From an uncultured archaeon (GTDB lineage Archaea > Asgardarchaeota > Hermodarchaeia > Hermodarchaeales > Hermodarchaeaceae), in assembly GCA_964347045.1 (NCBI GenBank), contig CAYFXC010000006.1, positions 1-40,036 on the forward strand: a stretch of 40,036 nt of DNA, given 5' to 3'. Made by a program: the position numbers and the translations under genes. The first letter of the stretch is position 1, and every line of letters starts with the position of its first letter. The notes beneath the pieces were generated by a model. The model had not been told where the DNA came from. It did not search any database and saw only the letters and a list, made by a program, of their open reading frames with translations. This document shows, in pieces, positions 25,991 to 35,106 of the stretch.

Positions 25991-26027
25991 ATTAGGTTAG
26001 CCTAATAATTAAATTAGGTAGTATAAA
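25991..26027 (-). promoter_or_regulatory. hsp20 promoter: TATA box and palindromic operator
   Basis: Minus-strand TTTATA at 26022-26027; half-sites ATTAGG-N4-CCTAAT-N6-ATTAGG at 25991-26018, between the TATA box and the start codon. Confidence 0.6.
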
Positions 26028-26164
26028 AATATAATGGTTCGATGAACTCTACAATCTCAATTTAATAGAAATGATCAAGTTATAGAAAATTAACCCTCCA
26101 AACATTTGCCTTAATTTATATTCTCGTTGTTGTATTGTCTGAGGGTTGCACTTCTAAGTTAGTT

Positions 26165-26317
26165 TCATTTCCTTCTTCTTATGAACCAGACAACAATAAC
26201 TATGACGATGACTATGATGACTGTCGAGGCAATGATGAGCTCCCAGGGCGGTGGTGGCGCTTCACAAGGACTGGTGTCACAAACTTCAACGTTGTCAAGG
26301 GCCTGCCCTTCTTCACA
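26165..26317 (-). pseudogene. Orphan C-terminal anchor of a lost surface protein
   Basis: Manual translation CEEGQALDNVEVCDTSPCEAPPPPWELIIASTVIIVIVIVIVVWFIRRRK*; no in-frame start before the upstream stop. Confidence 0.65.
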
Positions 26318-26462
26318 AATGAAATAGAAAAATACTGATTGTAAATTGAACCAAATCGTACAAAATTCGAGTAGATTCGTCTAATCTTACAGGAACTATC
26401 TAGCATAAAGTTTACAGTCCTATAAATTGAGCTAGACAAACATCAGCTGCAACATTATAATC

Positions 26463-28922
26463 GTGAAACTTGGCGAAGCATCAAAACTTAAAGGACAAAC
26501 TGCCACTATTTCACCATCCCTTCACGCTCAAAAAAACGCGCGTAGAACGAAGGATGAATATACATTGACAGAACAAAAACGAGCTCGACTTAAAGCTGAT
26601 AAGCTTGACACCGGATTTGGGTCCTTTCGAAATGTCGAAGTCACTATCGGTAGGATCATCGATGATGATTGGGACGAACCCATGGGACCCACTCCCATGC
26701 CTGATGTTACCACTCTTCGTAGTTGGGATCATAAACTTCTAGCTCGGTACCGACCAGCGTATATGCCAGCATGCCAATTGTGTTGTTTGTGTACGTTTGG
26801 GAAATGCGATTTGACAGGCGGAAAGCGGGGAGCTTGTGGACTGGATATTGAAGCGCAGTCAGCACGAATTGTCTTGGCTGCAGCAAATATCGGGTGTGCG
26901 GCTCATCTTGCACATTCCCGACATATGGTTGACCACTTGATTCACGAATTCGGGCCTCGCTATGAACTCGCCCAAGGGGAAGGAGTTGAAATTGAAGCCC
27001 CACTGAGCCGATTAATAACAGGAATTCGACCCCGAACCTTAGAAGATGCATCAGCAGTACTAGATTATTGTGAAACACAATTAACACACACACTCTCTGC
27101 TGTAGCCACAGGCCAAGAAGGCAGTTGGATTGACTTTGAATCCAAGGCCTTCCATACAGGCATGATCGACCTTCTCGGAATGGAAATAGCCGATCTCGCC
27201 CAGATATCCACCCTTGGATTTCCAAAAGCAGACCCAGAACCCCCTCTGGTTGAAGCAGGAATCGCTTCAATGGACCCCAAAAAAGCCATGATTTTAGCTA
27301 TCGGCCATAACGTTGTACCAGCAACTTATATTATGGACTACGCGACCGAAGCAGGTCTTTTTGATAAAATCGACGTAGCAGGAATCTGTTGTACCGCATG
27401 GGATATCACTCGATATGAAGCAAAAGCAAAAATCGTGGGTCCCATCTCCTGGCAATTACGATTTGTCCGAGCTGGATTTGCGGATGTCGTTGTCGTTGAC
27501 GAACAATGTATCCGCGCAGATATCCTCGAACATGCCAAGAAAGTCAATTCCCCAGTAATTGCCACATGCGATAAGTCAGCCATGGGATTACCCGATCGCA
27601 CTGACGACGACGTGGATGACATCGTAAAAGACCTTGTTTCCGGAAAAACCCCAGGAGTCTATCTCCGAGATTATGAAAAAATCGGTGAAGTCGTCGTCAA
27701 AACCGCAATCAAGATGCATCCAAAACGAAAGAAAAAAGGTTCCCTACCGAGCCAAGCCAAAATAAAAGAACTTGCCACAGCTTGTCGGCAGTGTTTTGAC
27801 TGTGTACGAGCTTGTCCAAATGACCAACCAGTTATGGATGCTGTACTTGCCGCTCAGGAAGGAAATTTCGGACCACTTGCGGATGTATATGATGAATGTA
27901 TCGGGTGTGCCAGGTGTGAATCGGCTTGCCCTAATGATTATGAGCTCCATAGTTGGATGGTAACAGCCGCAAAAGATCGATGGACCCAAGATTCCTTCAT
28001 GGTCCGTTCAGGTCGCGGTGCTATTCAAGATACTGAAATTCGGAATGTAGGACAACCCATTGTATTTGGCGAAATCCCTGGGGTGATTGCTCATGTAGGC
28101 TGTGCCAATTATCCCGATGGTGGCCGCGCCATCCACGATCATGCAGAAGAATTTGCAAGACGACGATTCATTGTAGTCTTCTCAGGGTGCGCTGCAATGA
28201 CCGTAGGTGGCATCAAGGATGAAGAAGGCAAATCCATCTATGAGAGACGACCTGGTACTTTTGATGCTGGGAGCGTCATCAATGTGGGTTCCTGCGTTGC
28301 AAACTCTCACATTGCAGGAGCAGCGATAAAGATTGCAAGCATATTTGCAAAACGAAATCTCCGAGGTAATTACGAAGAAATCGCAGACTACATTCACAAT
28401 CGAGTCGGCGCAGTTGGAATTTCGTGGGGTGCAATGTCACAGAAAGCTGCATCAATCGCAGCCGGATTCTGGCGACTAGGTGTCCCTGTAATAGTCGGGC
28501 CCCATGGAACCAAGTATCGACGTATGCTACTAGGTCGCGCAGATAGAGCGGAGGACTGGATGGTGTGGGATGCCCGAACAGGTGATCGCGTACAAGTTGC
28601 TCCTGGACCAGAACACCTCTTCTACGCCGTTGAAAACTTTGAGGAGTTGATGGTTCTAACTGCAAAACTTACCATCCGACCTAACGATACCAGCAAAGGG
28701 CGAGCCATTAAGCTCAGCCACTACATCGATTTACATGAGACTTACAAAGGCTTCTTCCCCGAGGATGTCCATAGCTACATTCGACGTGAATTTGATATTC
28801 CAATTACCCTCAAGGATAAGATCAAAGCTCAGATGAAAGAAAACAAGTGGAAAGAAAAGCCCATACCCGACCCAACATACTTACGACGAATGGTCTATGG
28901 CGGCAATGGAGGTGGCAATTAA
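26463..28922 (+). CDS. cdhA: CO dehydrogenase/acetyl-CoA synthase complex alpha subunit
   Basis: CCLCTFGKCDL...GACG, GHN, GICCTA, DEQC, two ferredoxin motifs, VGCANYP, GSCVAN, WGAMSQKA. True start may be TTG near 26565. Confidence 0.98.
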   Translation: MKLGEASKLKGQTATISPSLHAQKNARRTKDEYTLTEQKRARLKADKLDTGFGSFRNVEVTIGRIIDDDWDEPMGPTPMPDVTTLRSWDHKLLARYRPAYMPACQLCCLCTFGKCDLTGGKRGACGLDIEAQSARIVLAAANIGCAAHLAHSRHMVDHLIHEFGPRYELAQGEGVEIEAPLSRLITGIRPRTLEDASAVLDYCETQLTHTLSAVATGQEGSWIDFESKAFHTGMIDLLGMEIADLAQISTLGFPKADPEPPLVEAGIASMDPKKAMILAIGHNVVPATYIMDYATEAGLFDKIDVAGICCTAWDITRYEAKAKIVGPISWQLRFVRAGFADVVVVDEQCIRADILEHAKKVNSPVIATCDKSAMGLPDRTDDDVDDIVKDLVSGKTPGVYLRDYEKIGEVVVKTAIKMHPKRKKKGSLPSQAKIKELATACRQCFDCVRACPNDQPVMDAVLAAQEGNFGPLADVYDECIGCARCESACPNDYELHSWMVTAAKDRWTQDSFMVRSGRGAIQDTEIRNVGQPIVFGEIPGVIAHVGCANYPDGGRAIHDHAEEFARRRFIVVFSGCAAMTVGGIKDEEGKSIYERRPGTFDAGSVINVGSCVANSHIAGAAIKIASIFAKRNLRGNYEEIADYIHNRVGAVGISWGAMSQKAASIAAGFWRLGVPVIVGPHGTKYRRMLLGRADRAEDWMVWDARTGDRVQVAPGPEHLFYAVENFEELMVLTAKLTIRPNDTSKGRAIKLSHYIDLHETYKGFFPEDVHSYIRREFDIPITLKDKIKAQMKENKWKEKPIPDPTYLRRMVYGGNGGGN

Positions 28923-28923
28923 A

Positions 28924-29469
28924 ATGATGCGCGCTGAACCATGGCAAACTGCGGAAACATGTGGACCAAAGAAAGCGAACTCCATTACTAAAACTGCTGT
29001 TGTTGGAGCACTTCTAAAGAAAGCGAAATACCCGCTAATTATTGTGGGAACTCAGGCATTAACAGAGAAAACACGCAAGAAATCAATGATTGACTATTTC
29101 ATAGAATTATCCAACACTAGGAATATTCCCATTGTTGCAACAGCCAATACTATCAAAGCTTTCAAAGAAAAAGACTTCAATAACGCCTACTCCTTTGGAG
29201 CCATGGAAATCATGGGAAGACTGCAAGACCATGACTGGATGGTTGCTCCGAAGAAAGGACCCCATGACCTTGTTATGACCTACGGATACCCATACTACAT
29301 GGAATGGCTCATGTTATCAGGACTCATCAATTTCTCTCCCCACATTAAAACCATAACTCTCGGTCGTTATTATCAACCCCATGCAACCTGGAGTTTTCCA
29401 AATCTCAAAAAACAAAACTGGAATGAGGCACTGAAAGAAATCCTTGTCACTACAGGAGGTGCAAAATAA
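28924..29469 (+). CDS. cdhB: ACDS complex epsilon subunit
   Basis: 'KKAKYPLIIVG', 'DHDW', 'GYPYY', 'YYQPHATWSFPNL'; between cdhA and cdhC; ATG 28924 after GGAGGTG. Confidence 0.95.
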   Translation: MMRAEPWQTAETCGPKKANSITKTAVVGALLKKAKYPLIIVGTQALTEKTRKKSMIDYFIELSNTRNIPIVATANTIKAFKEKDFNNAYSFGAMEIMGRLQDHDWMVAPKKGPHDLVMTYGYPYYMEWLMLSGLINFSPHIKTITLGRYYQPHATWSFPNLKKQNWNEALKEILVTTGGAK

Positions 29470-30900
29470 ATGTCGTTTGAAGACCTACCAATCGATGTTG
29501 GTGTTGTTCACGAAGGTGAACGTATTCGCAAAGCCGACATGCAAGTTGAACTAGGTGGACCCAAAATCGAAAAGAAGTTCGAACTAGTCCTTTCTAGGAA
29601 AATGAACGAGATCGAAGACGGAGAAATTCAAATCATAGGTCCAGATCTAAAGGACCTCGAAGAAGGGGGAAGCCATCCCATTGGTATTCTCATTGAGGTT
29701 GCCGGAAAAGAAATTGAACAAGATCTCGAAGGTGTTATTGAGCGACACATCCATGAATATACAAACTTCGTTGAAGGCACTATGCACCTCAATCAACGTT
29801 ATGACGTTTGGATACGCATTGGGAAAAAATCCTTCCAAAAAGGCTTCAACCGCTTCAAAATCCTTGGACAAGTCTACCAACGCCTGTACAAGTCGGAACT
29901 ACCAATCATCGAAAAAATTCAAGTCACCTTTTACACTGATGCTTCGAAGATGAACGAAATCTACGATACGGCTATTGCTACTTATAATGCGCGCGATGAG
30001 CGTACACGTGGTCTTAAGGACGACGAAGTTGATGTTTTCTATGGGTGTACTCTGTGCCAGTCTTTCAGCCCCACTCATATGTGTGTCATCACTGCACAGC
30101 GATATGCGAATTGTGGAGCAATCAGCTGGTTTGACGGTCGTGCAGCTGCTCGAGTCGATCCTAAAGGTCCACTCTTTGCAATAAAAAAGGGCGAAACCAT
30201 TGATGGAGAAAAGGGTGTTTATGCGGGAGTTAATCAAGCATATAAAGAAAAGACTCTGGGCGCAGTTACAGATGTTGCTTTGTATAGTGCTTTTGAGAAT
30301 CCACACACCAGTTGTGGGTGTTTCGAGGCAATTGCATTCATCATCCCTGAAGTTGATGGATTGGGTATTGTTCACCGAGACTTCAAAGGAACCGCTGTCA
30401 ATGGATTGCCATTCTCCACGATGGCTGATTCCACAGCTGGAGGTCGACAAATCCCTGGCTTCCATGGACTAGCAATTGAATATCTGCGGTCACCCAAATT
30501 CCTGACTGTTGATGGGGGATGGGAGCGTATTGTTTGGCTTCCAAAGTCAATAAAGGATCGAGTGTATGACTTCATGCCAGAGACCTTAAGGGACATCATT
30601 CCGACAGAAAATGATGTGTCAAATATTGATGAGTTGAAAACATACCTCAAGGACCACAATCATCCAATTATCGAGCGCTGGGTTGAAACAGGTGCTGCAG
30701 CACGATTGGAAGAAGAAGAACGCAGGGAAGAACTTGTGCCAGCAAGCCAACAGGCGCAACCATTTATAATGCCGGGTCAAATGATGACAACAGTGCCTGC
30801 TGCTGGGGGAGCTCCTGGGTTTCAAATCATCTTCAAAAATGCAAAGATCTATGCTGAGAAAGTCATCATCAAACGCTTGGATGAAAAAGACAAAAAATAG
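29470..30900 (+). CDS. cdhC: ACDS complex beta subunit (acetyl-CoA synthase)
   Basis: EGERIRK, FYGCTLCQSFSPTHMC, CGAISW, PHTSCGCFE A-cluster motifs. Confidence 0.98.
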   Translation: MSFEDLPIDVGVVHEGERIRKADMQVELGGPKIEKKFELVLSRKMNEIEDGEIQIIGPDLKDLEEGGSHPIGILIEVAGKEIEQDLEGVIERHIHEYTNFVEGTMHLNQRYDVWIRIGKKSFQKGFNRFKILGQVYQRLYKSELPIIEKIQVTFYTDASKMNEIYDTAIATYNARDERTRGLKDDEVDVFYGCTLCQSFSPTHMCVITAQRYANCGAISWFDGRAAARVDPKGPLFAIKKGETIDGEKGVYAGVNQAYKEKTLGAVTDVALYSAFENPHTSCGCFEAIAFIIPEVDGLGIVHRDFKGTAVNGLPFSTMADSTAGGRQIPGFHGLAIEYLRSPKFLTVDGGWERIVWLPKSIKDRVYDFMPETLRDIIPTENDVSNIDELKTYLKDHNHPIIERWVETGAAARLEEEERREELVPASQQAQPFIMPGQMMTTVPAAGGAPGFQIIFKNAKIYAEKVIIKRLDEKDKK

Positions 30901-30915
30901 TTGAGGCGATGAATA

Positions 30916-32262
30916 ATGTCGCCTGAAAAAAAGAAAGAGAAAAGCGAAATAACATTCTCAACAGATAATCCCGAATTGGGCATTCTAGGCCCACTTGAAG
31001 CACTTTTCGGAAAATTTGAAGAACTCGAATTGGAAGAGATGACCATTGATGTCGATGAAATCGAAGTCATTGTGCCTCCAGGTGCAGGTACAGGAATGTC
31101 TGATCAAGCCCGACGATTCCTAGCTCAAAATGCCTTTGCGGTTCAACAGTTTGCGCAACAGATGTTATCGGCATTAGGAATCCAGATGCAACTCCCTACT
31201 GGTCAATCAACTACACCAGTAATTCCAGCACCCACTCGTCCTACTCAGCTCCTAAAAACCCGTTTTAAAGCCCCCCTAACTGAATATTCAGGACAGATAC
31301 GTGAAATAACTCTTGGAGCCACGAAAGGTGAAGGGGGTTCACGGAGTAAGACCATTACGATTGGAGGCCATAAGGCCCCTGCATGGAACCTTTTCCAAGC
31401 ACTACCAAAGCATCCACCTGTTGTAGCGGCCGATGTCTTTGATATGCGTATCAAACTCGCCAAAGCAGTGCGTATGCATTACGAAGATGTCATGGATGAC
31501 CCAGTGGATTGGGCACGTTTAGTCATCGATAAATTTGGAGCCGATCTCATCACTTACCATATGATAAGTACAGATCCACTCCTAAACGATACTAGCGCAA
31601 AGGAAGCGATGAAGGGCTTTGAAAATATTCTCCAAAATGTGAAGGTTCCCATCATTGTTGGAGGTTCTGGAGACCCTACAAAAGACGCAGAGTTACTTGC
31701 GTTAGCTGCGGAAGTAGCTGAAGGTGAACGAGTTCTTCTAGCCTCTGCCACAGTTGATATGTGGGAACCCGTGGCGAAAGCTGCGAAAGCCCACGATCAA
31801 TTAGTTTTGTCGTGGACAAGCATTGATATCAATGAACAAAAAGAACTCAATCGTCGTCTCCTCGACTATATTTCACCTGACCAAATCATCATTGACCCCA
31901 CAACAGCCGCGCTTGGATATGGTGCTGAATACAGCTTTACCATTATGCAAAGGATGCGCTTAGCGGGAATAATGGGCGACGAGGAACTACAATTCCCCTT
32001 AAGTAGTGGAACCACTAATGCCTGGGCAGCCCGCGAAGCTTGGATGAAGAAACCCGAACTCGGACCCCGTGAATTGCGAGGTCCCATTTGGGAAAGTACA
32101 ACCGCTTTAATGTTTCTTCTTGCAGGGGTTGATGTGTTTATGATGATGCATCCCGCTGCCATCAAAACGGTACATGATCTAATCGCTTGGCTCAGTACTC
32201 GAATTGACCGGAAACGTCAGGATTTTGTTGATTGGACTCGCTTAGTACTTCCATCAAATTAG
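30916..32262 (+). CDS. cdhD: ACDS complex delta subunit (corrinoid Fe-S protein small subunit)
   Basis: 'LGATKGEGGSR', 'IVGGSGDPTKD', 'DPTTAALGYG', 'NAWAAREAWM', 'MMMHP'. Confidence 0.96.
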   Translation: MSPEKKKEKSEITFSTDNPELGILGPLEALFGKFEELELEEMTIDVDEIEVIVPPGAGTGMSDQARRFLAQNAFAVQQFAQQMLSALGIQMQLPTGQSTTPVIPAPTRPTQLLKTRFKAPLTEYSGQIREITLGATKGEGGSRSKTITIGGHKAPAWNLFQALPKHPPVVAADVFDMRIKLAKAVRMHYEDVMDDPVDWARLVIDKFGADLITYHMISTDPLLNDTSAKEAMKGFENILQNVKVPIIVGGSGDPTKDAELLALAAEVAEGERVLLASATVDMWEPVAKAAKAHDQLVLSWTSIDINEQKELNRRLLDYISPDQIIIDPTTAALGYGAEYSFTIMQRMRLAGIMGDEELQFPLSSGTTNAWAAREAWMKKPELGPRELRGPIWESTTALMFLLAGVDVFMMMHPAAIKTVHDLIAWLSTRIDRKRQDFVDWTRLVLPSN

Positions 32263-32304
32263 AAGCAGCAGATAGGTAATCATTCCTCAAACCTACGCTC
32301 GAGT

Positions 32305-33237
32305 TTACTTAGAAGATTGTTTTTTTGTAAACTGATACGCTTGCATACCTGCCATGGCACCTTCACCGGCAGCAGTGATAATTTGCATTCCTCCGCACGT
32401 ACAATCACCAGCCGCAAAAACTCCGTCTAGGTTTGTGGCTTGTTGACGGGTGACTTGGATACATCCTCGTGTATTCACTTCAACTCCTGCTTTTTTCACT
32501 AGTGTTGTTAAAGGCACACTGCCAATTGACACAAACACCCCATCTATTAAGAGATTTTGTTCAGAAGTATCATCAAAGCGCTGATAGGTGACTGCAGACA
32601 CGACTTGGTCGCCTTTAATAGAGAGGAGTTTCCCTAGAATCAAGTCAAGATTCGGTTTTTCTCTTGCCTCATCGACAAATTTTTGACCAGCTTCAAATTC
32701 TGGAGTATGAGTGATCAAAGTAACTTGTTTGGCAATATTTGCTAAATAGAAAGCATCTTCAAAGGCTTCACTACCTGACCCAATTACAGCAACTTGTAAT
32801 CCACGATAGAGAGGACCATCACAGACTGGACAGTATGAAACTCCTCGACCAACAAATTCAGTTTCTCCCGGAATACGCAACTTCTTGCTTTGTGTACCTG
32901 TTGCAACAATCACAGCATGTGCCCTATAGGTTGCCTCACGGGTTACAACTTTCTTAATTTTTCCCTCAAATTGAAGATCCACAACCTCAGTGCCATATTT
33001 GAGTTCCGCTTCAAATTTGTTGGCTTGCTTCACCATTAAGTCGATAAGTTCTGTGCCAGAAATTCCATCAGGAAATCCGGGATAATTCCAGACATGGGGG
33101 GCGGTAGCCGCACGACCTCCATACATTTTCCCTTCTAATAGAAGAGTTTTTTTTCCCATCCGCGCGGTGTAAATAGCAGCAGTTAATCCAGCTGGTCCAC
33201 CACCAATAATGATGATGTCATAAATCTTATCACTCAT
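32305..33237 (-). CDS. trxB: Thioredoxin-disulfide reductase
   Basis: IIIGGGPAGLTAA, NYPG, redox GVSYCPVCDG, GVFAAGD. Confidence 0.92.
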   Translation of the reverse strand: MSDKIYDIIIIGGGPAGLTAAIYTARMGKKTLLLEGKMYGGRAATAPHVWNYPGFPDGISGTELIDLMVKQANKFEAELKYGTEVVDLQFEGKIKKVVTREATYRAHAVIVATGTQSKKLRIPGETEFVGRGVSYCPVCDGPLYRGLQVAVIGSGSEAFEDAFYLANIAKQVTLITHTPEFEAGQKFVDEAREKPNLDLILGKLLSIKGDQVVSAVTYQRFDDTSEQNLLIDGVFVSIGSVPLTTLVKKAGVEVNTRGCIQVTRQQATNLDGVFAAGDCTCGGMQIITAAGEGAMAGMQAYQFTKKQSSK

Positions 33238-33422
33238 GGTAAATCCCTTGAATTGGAACACAAAGGGGAATATCCTCTTTTAATTTCACTTCTTTAACAA
33301 TAAGAAACCACTTGTTTCAATTTTTTAACAAAATAACAGAAGTATAACGCCCACTAGTAGACTCAACGCGACTCCTGAAAAAAGTGTGGAGGAAGTAGCC
33401 TTCCACACGCAATCCTTCCTTT

Positions 33423-33902
33423 TTATTGGATGAGTTCAGACCACTTTGCAGCGAATTCATCTCGTTTTGGTTTATACACCAAATTGAAAAACCTACTTTG
33501 TGAGAGCAGTGTTTCTTCATCAAAGGATTTAACATAGACTATAGCCTCATTCCAAGCCTGATCAAAGGAGCCTCCAAATCGTACTTCTATTTGCCGTCTA
33601 AACTCGTCCTCGGTTTGAACTTTCCCACCAATTGTGAAATAAAGAGGTTCCTTTTCTTTTTTTGACTTGAAGGCAACTTCGCTGCCCAAATGATACGCTT
33701 CATGTGTTTCAGTTATTGGTTGTTTTTTGACTTCGCTTCGCGACCGTTTCACAGGTTTTTGTCCTTTAAACCCTCTCTTAGCTGCAGCATAAAAAATTGC
33801 CCGGTTCAAGCCCCAGCTCTTTGCAGAAGGAACTTCCAATCCTAGTAGATGAGCCCGCACCGCTTGTAGGATAGCCATGACTTGGAATCTACCCACTGCC
33901 AT
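33423..33902 (-). CDS. Conserved-looking archaeal hypothetical protein
   Basis: Coding-like 159-aa ORF with 'GRFQVMA...AKSWGLNRAIFYAAAKRGF'; ATG 33902 after GGTGTTGAT. No function recognised. Confidence 0.75.
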   Translation of the reverse strand: MAVGRFQVMAILQAVRAHLLGLEVPSAKSWGLNRAIFYAAAKRGFKGQKPVKRSRSEVKKQPITETHEAYHLGSEVAFKSKKEKEPLYFTIGGKVQTEDEFRRQIEVRFGGSFDQAWNEAIVYVKSFDEETLLSQSRFFNLVYKPKRDEFAAKWSELIQ

Positions 33903-34031
33903 ATCAACACCTGAAGTACCATAGAACATAGGTCCCCTTAGCTTTACTTATTTGCAAACATAGAAGTCTTCGAAAAACAAATAGTTACTGCCCTAGGACT
34001 AGACTTGAAAGATTTGTTTGGATGTGAAATC

Positions 34032-34378
34032 TTGTTTCGATACCGCGCTCTCTTTCATCTGGATGAAAGAAGCATCTTTCGTTTAAAATTGATGTTAAGT
34101 AATATCCGAAATCTATTCTTTGATCTGGCGATGAGGAGGTCGACGTAGAATGTGTGGTAAACGGAGCCGGAGTAAAGCTCTTTCACACAAAGACGCCTTT
34201 TGAGCTTGAGGTAATTGAAACACTGGTGAGACGTGGTGTGCATTTTATGATTTGAGAGAACTCGTTGGCAGAAAATTGTTTGAGCATTGATTCAATTATC
34301 GATGTTGTTGATTTTGGTTTCTGGTGTAGGTGAACTTTTAAAAAATAAAAGGAAGGGTGGATGTACATCAAATCCTGA
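34032..34378 (+). pseudogene. DsrE-family protein pseudogene
   Basis: Stitched across frames: MFRYRALFHLDE...LMLSNIRNLFFDL / DEEVDVECVVNGAGVKLF...IETLVRRGVHFMI*ENSL...IIDVVDF / VSGVGELLK / KEGWMYIKS*. Three frameshifts, and TGA at the conserved Cys of 'F.ACENSL'. Confidence 0.8.
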
Positions 34379-34408
34379 TCTCTTAGAAACAACGGTATTG
34401 TATGACTG

Positions 34409-34585
34409 TTATTTCTTTAGTGTGAGTGGTTTTCCACAGCATTCAAAGGTGCAGGGAGCTTCACAGCCACAGGCACCCTCAGTTGTTTCGCATTCAGTGC
34501 ATTCGGTGATAATCTGAAGTTCTATTCCACAATCATCGCATGTGAAGATTTGACCTTTTTTCATATCATGACAATGAATTTCCAT
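34409..34585 (-). CDS. Small Cys-rich desulforedoxin-like/metallothionein-like protein
   Basis: 58 aa with 10 Cys and 2 His; 'KKGQIFTCDDCGIEL...ECCGKPL' is the desulforedoxin CxxC...CC pattern; GGTGA upstream of ATG 34585. Confidence 0.8.
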   Translation of the reverse strand: MEIHCHDMKKGQIFTCDDCGIELQIITECTECETTEGACGCEAPCTFECCGKPLTLKK

Positions 34586-34727
34586 GTTACTTTCACCCAA
34601 TGGATTGGTGTTTTATTATCTCTTGGTGTTCTTTCATAAATCTTTACGAATTGCGATGATTTGTTGCTAGTTTCTTGGATGAATGGAGTTGAGAAGAGGA
34701 TTATCCAAGGATAGAGACATAAAAGAA

Positions 34728-34937
34728 TTAAATGACAACAGCTTTCTCCACGGTGGTTAACCATTGTCCCTTCTCATTGAAGAGTTTCGCTCCCTTCCTA
34801 AGAAGCCCCTGAAGTGGTTTCTGAGCGCCACATCGTCGACAGACCTCCATCACACCTTCGATAGGGCCTTCTGGATCATTGTTGAGCCTCGCGTACATGG
34901 ACACGAAATCATGTCTACCAGGTAAACATCTTGCCAT
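34728..34937 (-). CDS. Small putative zinc-ribbon protein
   Basis: 69 aa with C-x4-H ... CRRCG; co-oriented with neighbours. Confidence 0.55.
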   Translation of the reverse strand: MARCLPGRHDFVSMYARLNNDPEGPIEGVMEVCRRCGAQKPLQGLLRKGAKLFNEKGQWLTTVEKAVVI

Positions 34938-35106
34938 GGAATCACATGCTTTGTGGATAAGCCATTATGGATATTGTGGAGGGCGTTATGAACCATTTGG
35001 AAAGGTTCGTCGCCAAGGGTTCCGAGGAATCTTGGGAAGTTATCCCCTAACAACGTATATTTATCATCTAGCTTCTTATCAGTATCCATTGTGGGAATCA
35101 GAGGGT

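Noticed and set aside
26135-26338. Plus-strand ORF with a DNNNYDDDYDD repeat
   Set aside because: It is the antisense image of the Val/Ile TM anchor relic on the minus strand.
34055-34392. Minus-strand ORFs resembling a nuclease fragment
   Set aside because: The region is better explained by the plus-strand DsrE pseudogene.
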